From Octopus bimaculoides (Eukaryota): 43,802 nucleotides of DNA. How positions within the stretch are numbered: position 1 is the first letter of the stretch; each line of letters opens with the position of its first letter. A program made the translations under genes and the position numbers. The notes beneath the pieces were generated by a model, which worked only from the letters and a program-made list of their open reading frames with translations, did no database searches and was not told where the DNA came from. Shown in pieces: positions 35,471 to 43,802 of this stretch. The stretch covers positions 76,474,109-76,517,910 of the forward strand of contig NC_068981.1 in the NCBI RefSeq assembly GCF_001194135.2. The letters are read 5' to 3'.

Positions 35471-37439
35471 TAAATTGTTGCAGTTATGAGAAGTGTCTGT
35501 CGTTGGAAATAGTTGGAGTATTCAACTATTGTTGTTTTCAAAATTGTAAGCGCTCGGAGAAAATACGATCAGACATAATATTAATATATTTTAAAGACTA
35601 TACACAGCATAATCACACTCACGCACACACACACACATATTCCCGCACGCGCGTATATGTGTAGGTGAATGTCATTGTTAGCAGTTCCAAGTTTCTAGCT
35701 TCCTATATTTGGTTTATGTGCTACTAGCTCCAACTACGTAACTCTGTGTCCTAGCATAATGGGAGGGTACTGTCCCCTAACGCTAAGCTCTGAGATCGGA
35801 ACTATTATCTGCTAACAAATTAATACACAAATATATATATATATATAGATGTTTGGGGTGGGTATATGTTTGTGTGTGTACGCACACATATGTATATATA
35901 TACATCGTGATTTAAACCGAATATGAATGTATGTACGTATATACATATATCGATATATTTCAATATACCACTAGTAAGTATATATAATATACTTATGTGT
36001 ACGTAGATTTATGTGAGTGTATGTGCATATATGTGTGTGCAAGATTATAGGCATATTTATATATTGGTGTGAATGTATATGTGTGTGTGCGCGTCTGTGT
36101 GCATGCATATGTATATGTATATTTGTATATATGAATTTAGGTGCGTTCATTGGAAACAGACACAGGCAAATCAAAAGTATGTTGATCGAACGACATTAAC
36201 GGTAAAGAAATATTCGTAGAAATTACCTGATTTGGAAAAAATGATTGAAGAAAAACACGTTGTTCAATGTAAAATCAGAGTTTTGTCGGAAATGCAGTTA
36301 AAGTGTACAGATAATGATGCACTGATGCATTCATATTGGAGTTCACAATATGTAAAATTTCTAAAATATCTTTATACATATAGAAGAAATGTGGCACTGA
36401 GTAACATTCCATTAGCTTCAAAGGTCAACTTCTTTCGTGGCCAGATTTAATTTTCATATATTTAGTGCCAACAAACGAAGAACTCAAAGGAAGAGGAATA
36501 TAGAATCGATTATAATCGTCACAGAATGTGTGATATTTTCGATTTACTTAGCAGTTAGTGCCATTCTTATAATCAGTAAATCATTTAGACCATTCAAAGA
36601 GGCATCAGATGAGTGATGATTCATGTGACGAGCAGTCGAAGGTACACGGAAAGATGAAAATAATTCGATCGTATAATTTTAAAATTATCTACAAATATGT
36701 GAAAANNNNNNNNNNNNNNNNNNNNNNNNNNNNNNNNNNNNNNNNNNNNNNNNNNNNNNNNNNNNNNNNNNNNNNNNNNNNNNNNNNNNNNNNNNNNNNN
36801 NNNNNNNNNNNNNNNNNNNNNNNNNNNNNNNNNNNNNNNNNNNNNNNNNNNNNNNNNNNNNNNNNNNNNNNNNNNNNNNNNNNNNNNNNNNNNNNNNNNN
36901 NNNNNNNNNNNNNNNNNNNNNNNNNNNNNNNNNNNNNNNNNNNNNNNNNNNNNNNNNNNNNNNNNNNNNNNNNNNNNNNNNNNNNNNNNNNNNNNNNNNN
37001 NNNNNNNNNNNNNNNNNNNNNNNNNNNNNNNNNNNNNNNNNNNNNNNNNNNNNNNNNNNNNNNNNNNNNNNNNNNNNNNNNNNNNNNNNNNNNNNNNNNN
37101 NNNNNNNNNNNNNNNNNNNNNNNNNNNNNNNNNNNNNNNNNNNNNNNNNNNNNNNNNNNNNNNNNNNNNNNNNNNNNNNNNNNNNNNNNNNNNNNNNNNN
37201 NNNNNNNNNNNNNNNNNNNNNNNNNNNNNNNNNNNNNNNNNNNNNNNNNNNNNNNNNNNNNNNNNNNNNNNNNNNNNNNNNNNNNNNNNNNNNNNNNNNN
37301 NNNNNNNNNNNNNNNNNNNNNNNNNNNNNNNNNNNNNNNNNNNNNNNNNNNNNNNNNNNNNNNNNNNNNNNNNNNNNNNNNNNNNNNNNNNNNNNNNNNN
37401 NNNNNNNNNNNNNNNNNNNNNNNNNNNNNNNNNNNTATG

Positions 37440-37475
<36 letters not shown>

Positions 37476-37524
37476 TATACATGTAAGTATATCTATGTAT
37501 ATATGTATATATATATAGGTTTAC

Positions 37525-37583
<59 letters not shown>

Positions 37584-37918
37584 GGTGCTTATGCGCATAG
37601 ACACACTTGTATATTCACGAATACATTTACTTGCGTGTGCATCATGCGTTGGCATTCAGATGTATATACATATATAGTTATACGTAGGTTTTGTATGAGC
37701 TTATATGACAGAACAGTTACGTAGACACACTCATACACACAACTTCATGTGTATGTATGCATAAGGAATGCATATAAGGTCTTTGTATTTGCATATATAT
37801 GATCACATATCCATGTATATATTTATGCTTGTGTATAATTCTGTATATGTGTGTGATTATCTTGTGCATATATATGAGTGTATTTGCATGCGCTTGTATA
37901 TGTGTGCGTGTGTGTGTA

Positions 37919-37976
<58 letters not shown>

Positions 37977-38628
37977 NNNNNNNNNNNNNNNNNNNNNNNN
38001 NNNNNNNNNNNNNNNNNNNNNNNNNNNNNNNNNNNNNNNNNNNNNNNNNNNNNNNNNNNNNNNNNNNNNNNNNNNNNNNNNNNNNNNNNNNNNNNNNNNN
38101 NNNNNNNNNNNNNNNNNNNNNNNNNNNNNNNNNNNNNNNNNNNNNNNNNNNNNNNNNNNNNNNNNNNNNNNNNNNNNNNNNNNNNNNNNNNNNNNNNNNN
38201 NNNNNNNNNNNNNNNNNNNNNNNNNNNNNNNNNNNNNNNNNNNNNNNNNNNNNNNNNNNNNNNNNNNNNNNNNNNNNNNNNNNNNNNNNNNNNNNNNNNN
38301 NNNNNNNNNNNNNNNNNNNNNNNNNNNNNNNNNNNNNNNNNNNNNNNNNNNNNNNNNNNNNNNNNNNNNNNNNNNNNNNNNNNNNNNNNNNNNNNNNNNN
38401 NNNNNNNNNNNNNNNNNNNNNNNNNNNNNNNNNNNNNNNNNNNNNNNNNNNNNNNNNNNNNNNNNNNNNNNNNNNNNNNNNNNNNNNNNNNNNNNNNNNN
38501 NNNNNNNNNNNNNNNNNNNNNNNNNNNNNNNNNNNNNNNNNNNNNNNNNNNNNNNNNNNNNNNNNNNNNNNNNNNNNNNNNNNNNNNNNNNNNNNNNNNN
38601 NNNNNNNNNNNNNNNNNNNNNNNNNNNN

Positions 38629-38666
<38 letters not shown>

Positions 38667-38785
38667 TCTTTAGATAGTTGCAATTTATAAGTATCCTTCC
38701 TCGGGGGAAATATTTAACGGATGTATTAAACGATTAATCTCAGTTTGATAATTTTAGAACAATATACTTATTAGTTTATATTAAT

Positions 38786-38833
38786 AACAACAACAACATC
38801 ATCATCATCAGCAGCAGCAATAACAACAACAAC

Positions 38834-38895
<62 letters not shown>
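38786..38895. repeat. Compound triplet repeat (AAC/ATC/AGC/AAT)
   Basis: Seen directly. Confidence 0.95.
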
Positions 38896-38896
<1 letters not shown>

Positions 38897-38905
38897 GAAT
38901 AAAAT

Positions 38906-39104
38906 GTTTTGAATGGTACAACAATGCACTATAATACAAAAAATGGACTATATACCTGTTGTATGGATAACTAAATTACAACAGGTATATAGTCCATGTT
39001 TGTATTATATTCCGTTGTTGTGCTACTCTCCTAATAATAATGATAATAATTATAATTATATAGTCCATTTTTGTATTATAGTGCATTGTTGTACCATTCA
39101 AAAC
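38906..39104. repeat. Nested foldback (MITE-like) element embedded in (AAT)n
   Basis: Outer arms 38906-38954 and 39057-39104 are identical except for one A indel. An inner second copy of the right arm lies at 38977-39023 around a 13-nt loop. Confidence 0.9.
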
Positions 39105-39118
39105 TTTTCATTATTTAC

Positions 39119-39154
<36 letters not shown>

Positions 39155-39289
39155 TACCTTAGGTTGCTGACTGTGGACACCTTACACTTTCCATCACACC
39201 CAGCAAAATAAGCTGTGAGTTTTCATATAATAATAATAAAAACGATAATAACATCTACATCGTAGGAAAAATTCTTTGCAATATTTTTT

Positions 39290-39375
39290 CTCGTACTGTA
39301 CATTCTGATTTCAAATCCCGCCTTGGTCAATTTTGCCTTTATTTCATCAAGGGTTCGATAAAATAAAATGGCGTG
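39290..39375 (+). mobile_element. Degenerate SINE family B fragment
   Basis: ttctgatttcaaatcccgccttggtcaattttgcctttatttcatcaagggttcgataaaataa. Confidence 0.5.
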
Positions 39376-39444
39376 GATGATAACCATTAATCTGCACCCT
39401 TTAAATATGCTGGAATCTTGATTTAATTCATTGTTAAAATTATG

Positions 39445-39574
39445 AATATTATTATTATTATTATTATTATTGTTAATATTATCATTATCGCCATTATCAT
39501 CATCAACATCATCATCAACATCATCATCACCATCATCGTCGTTAACATCATCATCATCATCATCATCCTCATCA

Positions 39575-39626
<52 letters not shown>

Positions 39627-39815
39627 TTATGGATGCTTTTCATTATAACTTTAATTCAGCTGCCTTAGAACCGGGCATCCTCCAGAGGCACTTCTGTTTT
39701 GCTATGCATGGTAAAACTCTCACCACATTTATTCCATTTTAGATGGAGAGTGCTTTCCGTAGTATATGGGCTGTAGCCATCAAGGTTATCTTATTATCAT
39801 CACCATTATCATCAC

Positions 39816-39876
<61 letters not shown>
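39445..39876. repeat. (ATT)n/(ATC)n triplet tracts (two blocks)
   Basis: Seen directly at 39445-39627 and 39787-39876. Confidence 0.93.
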
Positions 39877-40066
39877 GAGTGAGTGAGAGACCAGCGCATG
39901 CCATCAAAATGACACGGGGGTACAATTACACGAAGCCCAATATACCCATCATGACTACCCGTCTGATAAGTGTACATCGCAATCACATGTACGTGACATT
40001 GTAATTTCGGATCAAGATAAACAGCGCATGACCTTGCAGGTGGGGTCCAGTAAGAATTTTCTTCAC
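39877..40066. mobile_element. Fragment of an interspersed repeat, class uncertain
   Basis: GC-richer block (gcatgccatcaaaatgacac...catgaccttgcaggtgggg) abutting an (ATT)n tract, as expected for a minus-strand retroelement 3' end with a triplet tail. Recognised from memory of octopus repeats; not verified. Confidence 0.45.
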
Positions 40067-40423
40067 CATCATCATTACTACTACCATCACCATTATCGCA
40101 AATAATAATTTTTAATCATTCGAAAGCTACTGAAGCGTTTCTTACAAATACTCGTCTATCAGTTATAATATTTATTTCACTTAATATAAATGTTGTTGCT
40201 TCTATTATCCCCCTAGATGCACTAGGCATAATCATATTCTGTCAGTAGATTTAGTAGGATGCACATATCATATTAGCAGAAGGATATAAAATGCAAATTT
40301 GAGATATACGTTAAATGCAACAAGATTATTTATAAATCTATGAAAAATAGCCCACAAAAGGATAGATTTCTGTCATTTTATCTAACGATGATTCTGAGTA
40401 ATATCACACTGACCTGCACACCT

Positions 40424-40515
40424 TGTATGTATGTATGTATGTATGTATGTATGTATGTATGTATGTATGTATGTATGTAGGTAGCTAGGTATGTATGTAG
40501 GTAGGTATGTATGTA
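40424..40515. repeat. (TATG)n/(TAGG) tetranucleotide microsatellite
   Basis: Seen directly. Confidence 0.95.
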
Positions 40516-40764
40516 TACTAGCGTATATATATAAATATATCTATACATCTATCTATATATATATATATATGTACCTATTTATATACACAAAAATGATTAC
40601 ATACATACACACACACGCATATATATATATATATATATATATGATTGAAATAATGTAAACACATATTAGATATGTATATGCATATTGAAGGATATATATA
40701 TAGATATGTATATACATATATACATATTGTATACATATATCTATGTGTAAATATATATATGTAA

Positions 40765-40798
<34 letters not shown>

Positions 40799-41235
40799 GT
40801 ATATACATGCATAGACATGTGCATATATGCATCTATATATTGCACAACTGAATAATTGTATCCCGCTCGTTAGCATATAAGTTGAAACGAAACACGTATC
40901 TCAGATCCGCATGCGAATGTTTATTGATTTTTAAACGCAAATGTGCAGATTTATAATTATATATATATAGAATATATAATTATATATATGCATAAAAATA
41001 GATATTTTAGATAGATATTTATATTAAATTTCGACAAAGAAAATCTGTTTTATTCCAGTATATTGTACATAAATGTCACTTGACGCATAACTTTGGCAAT
41101 CTATTATATTTGCTATCGAATTGTGCCTAATATATTTCTCTATAATGTTTACTTGTACATAAAGTTCATATATACATACTGGAATACTTCCTTCATTCAA
41201 CTATACACATATCCCTCCATCCATTCTCATATGTG

Positions 41236-41280
<45 letters not shown>

Positions 41281-41583
41281 ACATAAACATATATATATGT
41301 ATGTATATGTGTATATATATCCCTATATTTATATGTATATTCATATGATTTCATAATTTTGAAGCAAATTTAAATATAACAGAGTTTAGCAACGGTTAGA
41401 CGCAACATTAAGAGTAGAATCAAATTTATAATAAAATTCGTTTCCTATAATATTTTGATTTTAGCATCCCAGCTTCTCTGACCGCTTTTACTTTTCCTTT
41501 CTTATATTTCCATTTTATCTTCTCGTGATCACATCGTGACTCCTAACATTTCCACACTAATATACAACTTAATATACTTTCGC

Positions 41584-41586
<3 letters not shown>

Positions 41587-41662
<76 letters not shown>

Positions 41663-41670
41663 ACACACAC
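41587..41670. repeat. (CT)n-(CA)n compound microsatellite
   Basis: Seen directly. Confidence 0.95.
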
Positions 41671-42289
41671 ACAGATATAGTATATTTGGTGTACATATAC
41701 TTTTTCGCTTTAGAAGCCGATATCAATGTTGGTAAGTTGGTACATTTCTGCAGTCTCACTTCTTATGGCAAATTATACTCCCAAATTTAATCATCATATG
41801 ATGAGCAACACACAGGTTTACATATAAACGACACATTTTCACATGCACATATGCATACGAAAATATACATCCAGAAATATACATATGATTAACAGTAAAT
41901 ACATTAACTAACAAAAAGTATATAATGTATAATAAAGTACGTTAAAGAGCATTTTTACGACTTTCGTTCCACAAGATTATTTCAATAGAAACTATATCCC
42001 TTACTTGACGGTTCGTTGATCTTCCATTTAATGTAATATTATTCAATCTATTTTTTGCTTGTACAATATTCGGTTATCTATCTTTCTATTTCATATTTCA
42101 CATAGTTGACTTATCATAGCTAGATTTAGATTGATTTATTAGACCAAAAATACCATGTATCGTATTGTACTCCCACAAAATGAAATTTTAATATTTTGAA
42201 TTTTAGATACAATTGAAATTATCTTTATGAGTAACTATTTTAATAGAGATATACATACATAATGCATGTATATAAGTATATATATACAT

Positions 42290-42303
42290 ATATAAATATA
42301 TAC

Positions 42304-42364
<61 letters not shown>

Positions 42365-42380
42365 CATGTGTGTGTGTGCG

Positions 42381-42418
<38 letters not shown>

Positions 42419-42420
42419 GG
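42290..42420. repeat. (TA)n-(TG)n compound microsatellite
   Basis: Seen directly. Confidence 0.95.
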
Positions 42421-42978
42421 TCTGAGTCTGTGTCTGTCTGTGTCTGTGAGTGCACATAAAAACGTTGTATATTGCAAGAGAAAGAAGCTAGCGCAGAAAC
42501 AAACAAATAAGTTAAGTTAAATGAATTTCTACAATAAATTTTTCCGAATTACGTGCAATGTTTTTGGCACGTAATATTATATCGATATAAGGAGTATCTA
42601 AAAATGGAATTATAGTATAAATGCATTTGACTGCGCATTTAGATTTTTATATGATCTGTAATTATATAGGGAGTGATAGATGTATAGTTACATGGCCATA
42701 AAGTATATATTATATTTTTAAAAAATCGAAGAATGTAAGGAATGGAAAAGGTAAATAAAGATTACATATGTTTCATAGCTAAAGAATATTTGCTACATAA
42801 CTTCTAACACACACATAACCCGTTTAGCTAATCTTCAGGTTCGATTAACTTCGAGTTGTTTCATCATCGTGTGGAGAGGAGTACATGATTTACCAGTCGA
42901 ATCAGAGCACAAATTGTAAGTTGATAAAAACAAAATCAAGTAACCAGTGAGATCAATTGTTAGTAGGCAATTAGCTAA

Positions 42979-43092
42979 ACAGAGAAGATGGATGGGTGTA
43001 TTTACAGGTGTCAGTTTACCGACATAGACAGAGGCTACATAGGGAGAAGGGAACATGGGGAGTACGGGAGTACAAAAGAGAATGGGGAATAA
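42979..43092 (+). pseudogene. GIY-YIG endonuclease remnant, Penelope-like
   Basis: Frame reads EKMDGCIYRCQFTDIDRGYIGRREH, matching G-[VC]-IY-x10-11-YIG. Stops occur on both sides. Confidence 0.4.
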
Positions 43093-43769
43093 GAGATTCT
43101 TGTGGCGAGGCAATGAAATATTTAACATTGACGTCGAGAAGATATTAGAAGCTATATAGAACTGATTGAACATTAAGCTACGTGAGAAAGCGTGACAAAA
43201 ACGATAGCTAATATACAGTAACATTCTTAACAAAGGACTAATAAATAACATGCATAAAACTACAGCGTGAAGTAAGTATATAGAATTATATAAATGAAAA
43301 AAAAAAAGGTCGAAATAAGAAAATAAGTTTTAAAATAAAGATAGACATGAAAAAGGATAAAATGGTAGACAAGTCGAATATACAAAAATCGTGGACCACG
43401 TTAAAACTTTATGAACTTTCAAGTACATTAGTATATTTATTGATGTTGAGTTAAAGGGTATTGTGTGGATTACGAGTTATGTAATATTGTTTAGCTATCA
43501 AACATATCTAGCCATTTTATCGTTTACAATTTCTTACATTCTAGAGTTTTTATTCTCATATTCAGCGACTTCAGTTCTTAGTGAGTTAGTTGTATAATGG
43601 CAATCAGATTATCAAAATATCCAACTATTTCAATATGGGACACAGTGTATAACATAGGATAGTTATTAAACACTTTTTTTTCCTATATTGCACACTTTTT
43701 GTCATCTATACTAGCTGAGCATATTCCTGAACCTTACTAACTTTCTGCCCCAAAAGTGACCATTCTTCA

Positions 43770-43802
<33 letters not shown>

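Noticed and set aside
35677-35819. Short segment bounded by tgttagcag / ctgctaaca inverted ends
   Set aside because: Only 9-10 bp of inverted match and no TSD; within chance expectation.

Overview
AT-rich, microsatellite-dense animal genomic DNA with 11 N-gaps. The tRNA-derived SINE families look like those of Octopus; this taxon call is inferred from repeat recognition only. Most of the window is intronic or intergenic. Best-supported host gene: a + strand multi-exon gene, with a 45-nt exon at 25029-25073 and a terminal exon at 31881-31980 encoding an FxNPxY endocytosis motif (FSNPMY) followed by AATAAA signals. A C-type-lectin-like exon at 1682-1799 may belong to the same gene. Mobile DNA: a decayed full-length Tc1 (5091-6334), an internally deleted mariner inserted in a (TA)n tract (17595-18477), a probable 5'-truncated LINE end with two intact C2H2 fingers (478-739), Penelope-like fragments (one with a hammerhead-ribozyme fold at 11792-11837, and GIY-YIG-like remnants), and about 10 SINE copies. 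Unexplained structures: a 70-nt pre-miRNA-like hairpin (11460-11529), a Cys-rich mini-exon with a tandem CC-x5-C-x7-C framework (15004-15116), two foldback elements (28120-28241, 38906-39104), a perfect 15-bp hairpin (26822-26859) and a long antisense reading frame (9722-10276). No CRISPR array, rRNA or true tRNA gene is supported. All calls are by eye, with no database searches run.
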